A stretch of DNA of 64,000 nucleotides from Deltaproteobacteria bacterium. GTDB lineage: Bacteria; Desulfobacterota; Desulfuromonadia; Desulfuromonadales; BM103. The stretch lies in assembly GCA_024636155.1 (NCBI GenBank), contig JAGXHM010000125.1, positions 180 through 64,179 on the forward strand, read 5' to 3'. Positions within the stretch are counted from its first letter, which is position 1. Every line of letters begins with the position of its first letter. The translations under genes and the position numbers were made by a program. Below are positions 31,235-40,203 of this stretch, in pieces. The notes under the pieces were generated by a model, which did no database searches, was not told where the DNA came from, and was given only the letters and a program-made list of their open reading frames with translations.

Positions 31235-31843
31235 TTGAACCTTACCAACATTGCAAATTGCCTGACGAATCAATCCCCTGAGATACTCCCCCCAAGTCAG
31301 CGTGGTCATGCTGCCGTCGCCATGATCCTTAAGGAAGGAACAAGCTCACCGGAAGTGCTCTTAATTGTTCGCGCTGAGCACGATCAAGATCCATGGTCCG
31401 GGAATATAGGTTTTCCCGGTGGACGGCTAAACTCAACAGAAGAAACACCACAGCAAGCGGCCGAACGAGAGACCCGAGAAGAGTTGGACCTTGATCTTGG
31501 GCAGAGCCGATATCTCGGTCGTCTCAACGATCTTTATGGAGCGATGTTGCCGGTGCTGGTTTCCTGTTTTGTCTATCAGATTACAGAACCGGTAATTTTG
31601 CAACCGAACCATGAAGTTGCCACGACCTTCTGGTTGCCGCTTGCTAAACTGCTGGAACCTGAACGTCAACAACACAGGACTTTCTTTTATCATGGAGAGG
31701 AGCGTATGCATCCTGTCGTTGAACTGCTTGATCCACACCAACCTCTTTTGTGGGGGATAACCTATCGACTGATTCGCAACTTTTTCGAAATGTGTGGCCT
31801 TGATTTCGGCTCACCGGAAAAAGCCGAAGTGACATCATTTTAA
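31235..31843 (+). CDS. Nudix hydrolase, CoA pyrophosphatase-like
   Basis: DPWSGNIGFPGG...AAERETREE Nudix box, LWGITYR; start uncertain (TTG 31235). Confidence 0.85.
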   Translation: MNLTNIANCLTNQSPEILPPSQRGHAAVAMILKEGTSSPEVLLIVRAEHDQDPWSGNIGFPGGRLNSTEETPQQAAERETREELDLDLGQSRYLGRLNDLYGAMLPVLVSCFVYQITEPVILQPNHEVATTFWLPLAKLLEPERQQHRTFFYHGEERMHPVVELLDPHQPLLWGITYRLIRNFFEMCGLDFGSPEKAEVTSF

Positions 31844-31941
31844 GCAGCGACTTGCCTCTGCGCCATTCTGGGTTAAAATCTTGGTACGATTCAAAATCTC
31901 ACTGTGTCTTCACCAACGGGGATTCACAAAAGAGAGAACTG

Positions 31942-32298
31942 ATGAGCAACCGCCATTTCCGCAGAATCCCATTTGAAGCTGAAGTCACATTGAGCTCTGG
32001 CCTGGGCGTTTGGACAGGCGAGCTCCTTGATGTTGCTATGAAAGGCGCCATGGTCGCTACCGGCACTTCTCTCCCTCTCTGCCTTGGCGATAATTGCAGC
32101 CTCTGCATCTCTCTGCCTGGAGCTCCAATCTCTCTCGATTTTGAAACAGAATTGGTCCATAGTGAAGAGGGCTGTTACGGTTTCAAGTTCATAAGCGAGA
32201 ATCTTGAAACACTTACCCATCTGCGTAAACTGATTGAGCTCAACACAGGGGACGCTGAAGCAACTCGCAGCGAACTATCCGCTTGGCTCAGCACCTGA
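31942..32298 (+). CDS. Stand-alone PilZ-domain protein
   Basis: RHFRRIPF...LLDVAMKGA; C-terminal HLRKLIELNTGD. Confidence 0.85.
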   Translation: MSNRHFRRIPFEAEVTLSSGLGVWTGELLDVAMKGAMVATGTSLPLCLGDNCSLCISLPGAPISLDFETELVHSEEGCYGFKFISENLETLTHLRKLIELNTGDAEATRSELSAWLST

Positions 32299-32320
32299 GC
32301 CTGACAGCACATCATAGAGC

Positions 32321-32352
32321 AAAAAAGGCAGCCCATTGTGGCTGCCTTTTTT
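32321..32352. terminator. Bidirectional intrinsic terminator
   Basis: AAAAAAGGCAGCC-CATTGT-GGCTGCCTTTTTT. Confidence 0.8.
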
Positions 32353-32835
32353 ATTACGGTTATGATGAACTTATTAAGGAAAGCCCCCAAAGGAACATAC
32401 ATGGGGAAAGCTACACAAAAAGAGCTTTCGTCAACAGGACAGATACAGTTGATATGGCGAAGATGTGTAAATACTCGCAACCCGGTTCTATCAGCAGAGC
32501 ATGTGTGCTGCTACCGTCAAACTTATGAATTTAAGGATAACAGAAATCTTAGTCCCTCAGGGAAGAGAGCTTCCAAACCTTTCCTGGCAAAGCTCGAATA
32601 CCGTCATATCACTGCACAAAGCACTGAACTAGCCATAGCAATACAAACTGAATTTTGTTTAAATTCTCAATGAAACCCGGTTTGGAACCAGTCAAACGGG
32701 GGTTTAACGTTCTGCAAAGCAATTTCAAGGCCCCTCCTCATCCAGAATAAAAAACAAGACCTGTTCCTTAAAATATGTTATTAATGTGCCGGTTAAATTT
32801 GTGCATAAATCAAGAAGAAGGGGAGGCTTACAACC

Positions 32836-33300
32836 ATGGGACGTATTGACTTACAAAAGGCAATCAAGGACTCCATCCAGACCGAGAAAGACGCCATGGA
32901 TTACTACAAATATGGCGCGGAACGTATGGCTGAAGATAAAGCACGCCAGACATTCGAGCTACTTGCTCGAGAAGAATATCAACACGCCGAGTCTTTTTAC
33001 CGGATCTATTCTGGAGATGACATCCCCTCCTTTCAGGAATTTATGAGTGCTCCACCGAACACTGAATCCAGCTGGTGGAAGAACCTCCAAAATTTACTTG
33101 TTCAGGATTTTGACGAGCGCAAAGCTCTCGAGCTGGCAATTGAGCAGGAAGAGGCACTAGAAAAGAGCCTCCGTGAGATAGCAGCCACCATCGATGACCC
33201 TGATGTTGCCCGAGTCTTTTTGGCGAATGCCACTTCTACTCATAATCATCTGGAGTTGGTAGAAGAAGACTACAAAGCTATGTTCGGCATGAGCAGCTGA
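32836..33300 (+). CDS. Ferritin-like/rubrerythrin-domain protein
   Basis: E..AMDYY, LAREEYQH, ALELAIEQE di-iron bundle pattern. Confidence 0.85.
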   Translation: MGRIDLQKAIKDSIQTEKDAMDYYKYGAERMAEDKARQTFELLAREEYQHAESFYRIYSGDDIPSFQEFMSAPPNTESSWWKNLQNLLVQDFDERKALELAIEQEEALEKSLREIAATIDDPDVARVFLANATSTHNHLELVEEDYKAMFGMSS

Positions 33301-33329
33301 TTCTTTTTAGATAGAGTCTTGATTAAGAC

Positions 33330-33362
33330 AAAGGCCGCTCCCTTCTGGGGGCGGCCTTTTTA
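33330..33362. terminator. Intrinsic terminator (probably bidirectional)
   Basis: AAAGGCCGCTCC-CTTCT-GGGGGCGGCCTTTTT. Confidence 0.75.
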
Positions 33363-33406
33363 TATTTTTTCTTGACCAGGAATAAATTGGTCACTCGGAC
33401 GATTTC

Positions 33407-33553
33407 TTAGTTGAACATTTTGGCGCCGAGATAGGCCAGTGCCGGCCAGGCGATTAAAACGGCAGAGACAAAAGCGACAACGCCAAGAACGCTCATTACT
33501 GCAACGGTGTAACTGGCTTTTACGTTACTAACGACATTGGATGCGGTTTTCAT
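33407..33553 (-). CDS. 48-aa small membrane protein, paralogue B
   Basis: MKTASNVVSNVKASYTVAVMSVLGVVAFVSAVLIAWPALAYLGAKMFN; AGGAG RBS. Confidence 0.85.
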   Translation of the reverse strand: MKTASNVVSNVKASYTVAVMSVLGVVAFVSAVLIAWPALAYLGAKMFN

Positions 33554-33611
33554 GATGCTTCTCCTATAGTTTCTCTCACGACGTGAGAGGGTTGGTTGTT
33601 AAAAGTAAAGT

Positions 33612-33758
33612 CTAGTTAAAAAGCTTCGAGCCAATATAAGCGAGTGCTGGCCAGGCGATCAGTACGGCTGAGATGAAAGCAAAGATGCCGAGCATGGCAA
33701 TAACGAGAACCAGGTAACTACTTTTTACATTATCCATAAAGCGGCTTTGAGTTTTCAT
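33612..33758 (-). CDS. 48-aa small membrane protein, paralogue A
   Basis: MKTQSRFMDNVKSSYLVLVIAMLGIFAFISAVLIAWPALAYIGSKLFN; GGAGG RBS. Confidence 0.85.
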   Translation of the reverse strand: MKTQSRFMDNVKSSYLVLVIAMLGIFAFISAVLIAWPALAYIGSKLFN

Positions 33759-33807
33759 AACGACCTCCACTTGATTGTTTGTAAGTTGTTCCTCTTTGTT
33801 GATTAAA

Positions 33808-33836
33808 GTTTTAACATTAAAGATTCCTCATGTCAA
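33808..33836 (-). promoter_or_regulatory. Sigma70 promoter for the small-protein pair
   Basis: TTGACA-N17-TAAAAC with extended TG. Confidence 0.65.
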
Positions 33837-34217
33837 CAATAAAAGTTAAAATAATTTCATGTATTTTACCGTTCGCAAAACTACTGTATTTACAGAGTTT
33901 TTTACAATTTAATGTTAAAAATAGGCTAACAACTTACTTTTATAAAAATTAATTATGTTAGTTTTTTGGTTTTCGTTGGCCGACATCAACCAATGTAACG
34001 TTTAAAAGTCTTGTCAGAGGCATCGCATAGCGACCTCCCCCCACTCTAATTTTCGGGCGATAAATGGCGCTGGCATGGCTTTTTTGAAGCATAACCCCAC
34101 GCATCAGCATAAAGGTTATCGCTTGCGGTAAACCTTTTGCGTGATGACACGTCCAAGAGAGCAAATCAAGCAACGCTGCCAACTGCAACACGGACCCTAC
34201 AGACAAGGAGATTACTC

Positions 34218-34706
34218 ATGTACAACCTGAAGACTCTGGCATGTGCCACATTACTCATCATCTTGGCAGTTACCCCTGCCTACGCGAAACGTCATGGCTG
34301 TGATGGACCCTTTGAACATGATGGCAAAGGGCCTGAACATTCCGAGCGATTTAAGCAGGCATTAGATTTGACAGCGCAGCAGGAAACTGACCTAAAGAAA
34401 ATCCACGTTGAAAGTAAGGAGGAAACGACCTCTTTGCGTGAAGAGACAAAATTGAACAGAGAGGCCCTGCGTGCTGTTTTTGATGCCGAGGTTCTTGACG
34501 AACCGCGACTGCGCGAATTAATCAATACGCAAGCGAAACTGCAAGCAGACATGATGGTCGCAAAGCACGCCACGCGGGATAAAATCGATCAGATCCTTAC
34601 CTCGGAACAGCAAAAAAAGCATAAAGAGTTTCGCCAGCAGAGAATGGAGCAGAAGGGGCAACGCAACTGTGAAAAATGTGGAACGGGTAAAGCACTGAAC
34701 ATGTAA
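34218..34706 (+). CDS. Spy/CpxP-family periplasmic protein
   Basis: Signal peptide, LDLTAQQ and ILTSEQ (LTxxQ) motifs, AGGAG RBS. Confidence 0.85.
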   Translation: MYNLKTLACATLLIILAVTPAYAKRHGCDGPFEHDGKGPEHSERFKQALDLTAQQETDLKKIHVESKEETTSLREETKLNREALRAVFDAEVLDEPRLRELINTQAKLQADMMVAKHATRDKIDQILTSEQQKKHKEFRQQRMEQKGQRNCEKCGTGKALNM

Positions 34707-34776
34707 ACTTAAGTGCAGTCACTGCCGTCCAGTCAAAACAGCCGTGTGGTCGTGGCAACTGGGCGGCAGCTGCTAT

Positions 34777-35442
34777 TCAGAGTTTGAGGTTGTGCCAATC
34801 AACATCAGCATAATCCGCTAACAACGCCAATGGAATAAAAGTATCAAGCTCCGTCCAGACGTTCCCGGTTAACTCTCTCGAAAAACTCTGGAACAAGCCG
34901 ACCTCTTTTGCAAAGACCTCGCGAAAACGCCAACGAAGTACCTCCTCCGGTAAGTCCAATGGATTGCCAGTGTGTAAAGTACAAACCGTTCCATCAAAAT
35001 CCTCACCACTTACATCGACATTTGGCAGGCCGTGCAAACGGCAGGTCAACGGCCTGGCGGCATAAACCAGACAATAGCCGTGCTCGTCGAGAAGTGGACA
35101 GGGTGTCAGGTCCTCTTCAGAAGTAAAGAGCCATTCCTCCTCAGGTAGAGCATTCAGAAGGTAGGGAGGACCTAATTCCGGCCAGCGCTCATGGATTTCA
35201 GGCAGGCGCAACTGACAACGGTCGAGAACCTGCGACTGGACATTCAGCGCCAAATCGGCAAAAGCCTCTTTTAATAACCAGGCATCAAGCAGAGTGATAT
35301 CGAACAGCGCCCGACAACAAGCACGGCAACCACTGCGACAGGACAAGTTAGAGCCGCCGACCTGCAGACAAGTTATGAACCAACTGTCTACTTCGTTGAG
35401 TAACTGACGATAAGAATTAACGATGGGAATAAGCTTCTGCAT
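34777..35442 (-). CDS. YkgJ-family cysteine cluster protein
   Basis: CRSGCRACC ... CPLL...CLVYAARPLTCR. Confidence 0.88.
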   Translation of the reverse strand: MQKLIPIVNSYRQLLNEVDSWFITCLQVGGSNLSCRSGCRACCRALFDITLLDAWLLKEAFADLALNVQSQVLDRCQLRLPEIHERWPELGPPYLLNALPEEEWLFTSEEDLTPCPLLDEHGYCLVYAARPLTCRLHGLPNVDVSGEDFDGTVCTLHTGNPLDLPEEVLRWRFREVFAKEVGLFQSFSRELTGNVWTELDTFIPLALLADYADVDWHNLKL

Positions 35443-35515
35443 AGCCTGTCCAATCTTCCACGCAAAGGCAGAGAAGATCGTTATAAAACAACGAGTGCAT
35501 AGTGTATCAAAACCA

Positions 35516-35547
35516 AATCAGGCCAGGCAAACGCCTGGCCTGATTTT
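35516..35547. terminator. Intrinsic terminator
   Basis: AATCAGGCCAGGC-AAAC-GCCTGGCCTGATTTT. Confidence 0.65.
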
Positions 35548-35568
35548 ATTAGAATCAAACGGTTCCGA

Positions 35569-36852
35569 CTAGTTGAGAAGGCGCAACCGCTTTTTAGCGT
35601 GCTGGCTCAGATCCTCGCGTAGATTTTTCGTTTCGAGACCCCGCTGGTAACACACAACAGCCTCTTCAGAAAGGTGCTGTCCTTCCAGAGCGCCGCCGAG
35701 ACCAACCCAGAAAGCTCCAGTCTGCGGCCAGGTAACGAGCAGGTTACGATAGGTCTGAGCAGCCAGGAATGACTCGTCAAGGCGCTGATAGAGGGAAGCC
35801 AGAATCACATGAGCTTCAGGATCCTCTTCTACTGTTGGCAACCCACCATTCAACATAACCTTGGCTGCCGCATCATCATCACCCTGGTCCATAAGCAACC
35901 GGGCATACTTTTTCTTGAATACGATATAGTCAGGTGCAATCTCGAGCCCCTCAGCCAAGAGGAACATAGCTTCACCGGTTTTTCCTTCTTTACCAAGAAT
36001 CTCGGCCAACAGATCTCTGGCCGGGAGGTGCCCGGGATAAAGTTCCAAAGCGTGTTGCAAAGACTGCACAGCCAGACTGCTGCGTTCTTGCGCGAAAGCC
36101 CACTTGCCATCAAGGAAGGCCTCTTCTGCCATACCGTATGGCGTAGTGGCTTGAGACTTAGACGGTCTGACGACGGTGCTTTTGGTCTCACTCAAGGCGT
36201 GACTACTACTCAAAATTGCACCTGGCAAGTCATCCGGGTGCAGCTTCTCAGGGGCCTTAGCGACCACTTTGTCTGAATCTTGTACCGAGCGCCGCTGCAC
36301 TGGCTCTGGTGTTTTGGACACGCGCGGTGAAGTAGCCTCCCGCTTCTGTTTGGACACCATCGTTCCGACAGGATTGGCCACAACAGGCGAGGATTTGATT
36401 GTAACCGGCTTTGCAACAGAAGCTTTCTCAACAGCCATCGTCTGGACTTGCATCACCTTGGCAGGCGCAGATTCTTTCTCTGTGAACTTCTCGCTCACAG
36501 TTGGAGCAACCGGTTCCTCAGCCTCAGCCTCACGCTCTGCCATGGTTAGCTGGTCCGGTTCCGCTACAACAGCCATGGGTTCATCTACTGTTGGCGAGTT
36601 TTCGGTTGCAACAATCTGCGGGTTTTCAGTCAACTTATCTGCAGGTTCGAAACCAAACATCATGTCGGACAGAGCACCAGCCAGCCACCAGACAAGACAG
36701 AGCACAACTAAAGCTGCGCCACCCAACACCACCGGCAGAGGCAGGAAGGGGATACGCTCCACCATCTTGGGGCGCACGATCTCAGCTTTCGTCGAGCGAC
36801 CAGCCTTTTTCTGTTGCTGTAGATCGCGCAGCATTTGGTTAATCAGGCTCAT
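35569..36852 (-). CDS. MshN-like TPR protein
   Basis: MSLINQMLRDL N-terminus, TM segment, low-complexity linker, C-terminal TPRs. Confidence 0.75.
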   Translation of the reverse strand: MSLINQMLRDLQQQKKAGRSTKAEIVRPKMVERIPFLPLPVVLGGAALVVLCLVWWLAGALSDMMFGFEPADKLTENPQIVATENSPTVDEPMAVVAEPDQLTMAEREAEAEEPVAPTVSEKFTEKESAPAKVMQVQTMAVEKASVAKPVTIKSSPVVANPVGTMVSKQKREATSPRVSKTPEPVQRRSVQDSDKVVAKAPEKLHPDDLPGAILSSSHALSETKSTVVRPSKSQATTPYGMAEEAFLDGKWAFAQERSSLAVQSLQHALELYPGHLPARDLLAEILGKEGKTGEAMFLLAEGLEIAPDYIVFKKKYARLLMDQGDDDAAAKVMLNGGLPTVEEDPEAHVILASLYQRLDESFLAAQTYRNLLVTWPQTGAFWVGLGGALEGQHLSEEAVVCYQRGLETKNLREDLSQHAKKRLRLLN

Positions 36853-37769
36853 GACAACACGCTCCGCAACAGATAGATGACGAGCACAATTTCAAGCAGG
36901 GTAATGATGCCGATTGTGAAGTTGAATGACTTGCCAGCCAACAGAGACATAGAGAGTGGGGTTGCGTCTTCGGTATCGCGACTCGCCAGCTTTACTTGAG
37001 AAAGGTCAACAACAGACTGCCCCTGACCGTAAGCAACCATCAAAGCTTTGTGACAGAGGATATTGATCAGTCGCGGGATACCGCGACTGGAACGGTAAAC
37101 CGCGTCGAGGGCTGCAGTATCAAACAGCGGCCCATCTTCGTGACCAGCCACCTTCAGGCGGTGATTGACATAACCCGTAACAGCTGCACGATCCAGCGCA
37201 GGCAAATCATAACTGAAGGTTATTCGTTGGCGCAGTTGCCGCAGGTCACTATTTTCGAGCATTTTGTTCAATTCCGGCTGGGCAAAGATAACAATCTGCA
37301 GCAACTTATGCTTTTCTGTCTCCAGATTACTGAATAGACGCAACGCTTCCAAAGTCTCTTTTGGCATGGCTTGCGCTTCATCAATGCAAAGCACAACTTT
37401 TTTATCTTTCTGCCGCATACCGACCAATTGCTCGGTGATCCGTTTGACCAGATCGTGCATAGTTATGCCACTGGGGATATTGATCCCAAGTTCTTCGGCG
37501 AGAGCCTGATAAAGCTCAAACGGCTTCAGGAGTGGATTGGGCAGATAGGCGGTTTGAAAGTCATTGGTCAGCGCAGCAAGCAGCTTACGACAGAGAAGTG
37601 TCTTGCCCGTTCCAACTTCACCGGTAATCTTGATCAGACCTTCACCGCTCTGCAATGCAACCAGCAGAACATTCAAAGCCTGTTGATGGCCGGTATAATT
37701 ATAATAGTAAGCGGGATCAGGCGTCAGCGAGAAAGGAGCTTCCCGTAACTTGAAATGTTCCTGATACAT
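36849..37769 (-). CDS. ExeA/MshM-family AAA ATPase
   Basis: MYQEHFKLREAPFSLTPDP, Walker A GEVGTGKT, IDEAQ, GIPRLIN. Confidence 0.9.
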   Translation of the reverse strand: MYQEHFKLREAPFSLTPDPAYYYNYTGHQQALNVLLVALQSGEGLIKITGEVGTGKTLLCRKLLAALTNDFQTAYLPNPLLKPFELYQALAEELGINIPSGITMHDLVKRITEQLVGMRQKDKKVVLCIDEAQAMPKETLEALRLFSNLETEKHKLLQIVIFAQPELNKMLENSDLRQLRQRITFSYDLPALDRAAVTGYVNHRLKVAGHEDGPLFDTAALDAVYRSSRGIPRLINILCHKALMVAYGQGQSVVDLSQVKLASRDTEDATPLSMSLLAGKSFNFTIGIITLLEIVLVIYLLRSVLS

Positions 37770-37891
37770 CAATCGAGCCCCCCAGATTGGCGCGCTTGCC
37801 AACCAGTAAATAGTGAGTATTATATAGGTTAATTTGAAAAGAAACCAATAAATAACTAATCTCGAACAAATGGCAACAGCAAGGAGACGAC

Positions 37892-38212
37892 ATGACCCCT
37901 GCCGAACTGGCCGTCCACGACGGTCGTGATGGCCGCCGCGCCTACATCGCTGTCAATAGTACAATCTATGATGTGACAGAGAGCCCCCGCTGGCAGAATG
38001 GGCTGCACCCGCCCGATCATCAAGCAGGGCAAGATTTGACAGAGGAGTTGGCAAAAGCGCCACATGTACGGACAGTCATTGAACGCTTTCCTGTGGTCGG
38101 AACACTCGAGGAAGAGGCTCCCGTCCAAACTGCCAGTGGCAGCGGTAAGATGGCTGTCGGAATTGTCATTGCGGCAGCCATTGTTGCCTTTGTGCTATTT
38201 TTGCTGCTTTAG
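37892..38212 (+). CDS. Cytochrome b5-like heme/steroid-binding protein with C-terminal TM
   Basis: ELAVHDG...YIAV...YDVT...W.NG.H...AGQDLT...PH. Confidence 0.88.
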   Translation: MTPAELAVHDGRDGRRAYIAVNSTIYDVTESPRWQNGLHPPDHQAGQDLTEELAKAPHVRTVIERFPVVGTLEEEAPVQTASGSGKMAVGIVIAAAIVAFVLFLLL

Positions 38213-38252
38213 AAGTACAGAGCAACAACCTCAAAAAAGGTCAACACATTTA

Positions 38253-38357
38253 AACACAAAGGCACTAAGGGCAAAGAAAGACGCAAAGGAAAATTCTCAT
38301 TCGCTGGGTTATTTATACATTTACTTTGCGTTGAAAAGATTCGAGCCTTTGCTTTAG
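38253..38357. repeat. Degenerate octanucleotide-type palindromic element
   Basis: CACAAAGG-CACTAAGG...ACGCAAAG and CTTTGCGT...CCTTTGCTTTAG. Confidence 0.4.
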
Positions 38358-38468
38358 TTATCGAACCGTAGAATTAAGCAATCGGAACGCGGAGTAAAAG
38401 CCAGGGAATCTTTCCTTATTTCTTTTACCTTCTTGATTTTTCCCTCTCGCTCGGTTATTCTCCGCGCC

Positions 38469-38588
38469 ATGTTCCGTTGTGTAATTTTATTTGTCAGCAT
38501 CGCCTGGGCGTCTCTGCTGCTCCTTTCCTGGAGTGGACCAACGGAGACGGCTGCCCAACCGGCTCCCATAGTTAAGAACGCCTCCTGA
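38469..38588 (+). CDS. Putative leaderless 39-aa exported peptide
   Basis: MFRCVILFVSIAWASLLLLSWSGPTETAAQPAPIVKNAS; TTGATT-N17-TATTCT ends 7 nt before the ATG. Confidence 0.45.
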   Translation: MFRCVILFVSIAWASLLLLSWSGPTETAAQPAPIVKNAS

Positions 38589-38629
38589 TTTCAAGGTGCG
38601 TTTTCAATTTCCTCTTTGGATTTTTTGAT

Positions 38630-39556
38630 TCATTCAGACGAATACCCGCAATGATCACCCTGCCGTGAACCACGTCTGGCAAACTCCGCATCGATCGCAT
38701 TGAGAACTTCCCACTTATTGAGCGACCAGAGTGGGGCCAGCAGCTGGCTCCGAGGACCATCACCAGTCAGCCGATGGATCAGGGTTACTGGATGCAGTCG
38801 TTCCATAACATCAACAACCAGCGCTACATACTCATCCATACCGAGAACATGGATCTTATCCTCGGCATACAGGTTACCGAGCGGTGTATTCTGCAAGACA
38901 TGGAGTAGATGTAATTTGACGCCGTCGACCTGTAGCTCCGCCAAGAGATCCGCAGTTGCCAGCATGTCCGCACGACTCTCACCCGGGAGGCCGAGGATCA
39001 CATGAACACAGACACGCAGACCATGAGCTTTGGCTCCATGATAGGCTTTGGTAAAGGTTGCCAAATCGTGACCGCGTTGCAGCCAGTCAAGGGTTCGATC
39101 ATGGCTGCTCTGTAGCCCCAGTTCCAACCAGAAGTAAGTCCTCCGGTGATATTCGCTCAGCAAATCCAGAACTTCGGCAGGGACGCAATCGGGCCGGGTA
39201 CCGATCGCCAAGCCAACGACATCATCAACGGCCAGGGCTTCATCATAGAGAACCCGCAGTTGGCTTACCGGCGCAAGGGTGTTAGAAAATGGCTGAAAAT
39301 AGGCCATAAACTTACCTGCCTTGTACTTGCGGGTCATGACTTCTTTGCCATGTTCCAGCTGTTCTGCAATACTCAACTGACGCTCAAGGCTCGCCGAACC
39401 CGAACCTCCCGGGTCACAAAAGAGACAGCCCGAGCCCTCTCTTCCACCATTGCGATTCGGGCAACCGAAACCGGCATCGACAGAGATCTTGTGGATACGA
39501 GTGCCAAAATGGCTTTTTAGCTGTTCTGAAAAAAGCTGGTACGGTTTCAGTGACAT
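38630..39556 (-). CDS. Radical SAM protein, TIGR01212/YhcC family
   Basis: GFGCPNR...GCLFC, GTRPDC, ELGLQS, HRLTGD. Confidence 0.92.
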   Translation of the reverse strand: MSLKPYQLFSEQLKSHFGTRIHKISVDAGFGCPNRNGGREGSGCLFCDPGGSGSASLERQLSIAEQLEHGKEVMTRKYKAGKFMAYFQPFSNTLAPVSQLRVLYDEALAVDDVVGLAIGTRPDCVPAEVLDLLSEYHRRTYFWLELGLQSSHDRTLDWLQRGHDLATFTKAYHGAKAHGLRVCVHVILGLPGESRADMLATADLLAELQVDGVKLHLLHVLQNTPLGNLYAEDKIHVLGMDEYVALVVDVMERLHPVTLIHRLTGDGPRSQLLAPLWSLNKWEVLNAIDAEFARRGSRQGDHCGYSSE

Positions 39557-39794
39557 GATCAGGAACCTGTCGAACTATTTCATGGGCAAAAGGATAACCT
39601 GACTGTAAAAGATTGAAAATCGCATCTGGTTACCCGGACAAATTTACAGCCAATTTACAAACAATCTGACAGTCTTCGAGACTATGCCATTGCCATCAAT
39701 CAAGGGCAAGCGGACAAACCATTTTATACCATTGCAGTAGGAGCCCGGATTGGTATAATGAAGTTATTCTTATTCCCACCCAAGGAGCAGAGCC

Positions 39795-40151
39795 ATGGCA
39801 CATCTGCTGGTTATTGATGATGAAGGTGACATCCGCCACCTTTATGCTGCAGAACTGGAAGAGGAAGGCCATACCGTCGTAACATGTGGCAACCGCAATG
39901 ATGCCATGGCGCAATTTCACCATCAAGCTTTCGACCTGGTCATTCTCGATATACAGCTGGATCAGGAGAGTGGTTTGGAACTGCTACAGGAGATCGCTCG
40001 CGAACGAGAGAAAACCCCGGTAGTCATTTGCTCTGCTTACAGCTGCTACAAAGACGATTTTTCCTCTTGGCTGGCAGACGCGTACGTAGTCAAAAGCTCA
40101 AACCTCAACGAGTTAAAAAGTGAGGTTCGGCGCATTCTCGCACAATCCTGA
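39795..40151 (+). CDS. Single-domain response regulator
   Basis: IDDE, LDIQL, ADAYVVKS. Confidence 0.9.
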   Translation: MAHLLVIDDEGDIRHLYAAELEEEGHTVVTCGNRNDAMAQFHHQAFDLVILDIQLDQESGLELLQEIAREREKTPVVICSAYSCYKDDFSSWLADAYVVKSSNLNELKSEVRRILAQS

Positions 40152-40203
40152 CATTATTCTGGGCCCTTGGCTAAATTACAGGTAAGGGCTAAAGGAGTCT
40201 TCA

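Noticed and set aside
33407-33758. Flp pilin or inovirus coat identity for the 48-aa peptides
   Set aside because: No prepilin G/xxxxEY motif and no tad, zot or replication genes nearby; the resemblance is only size and hydrophobicity.
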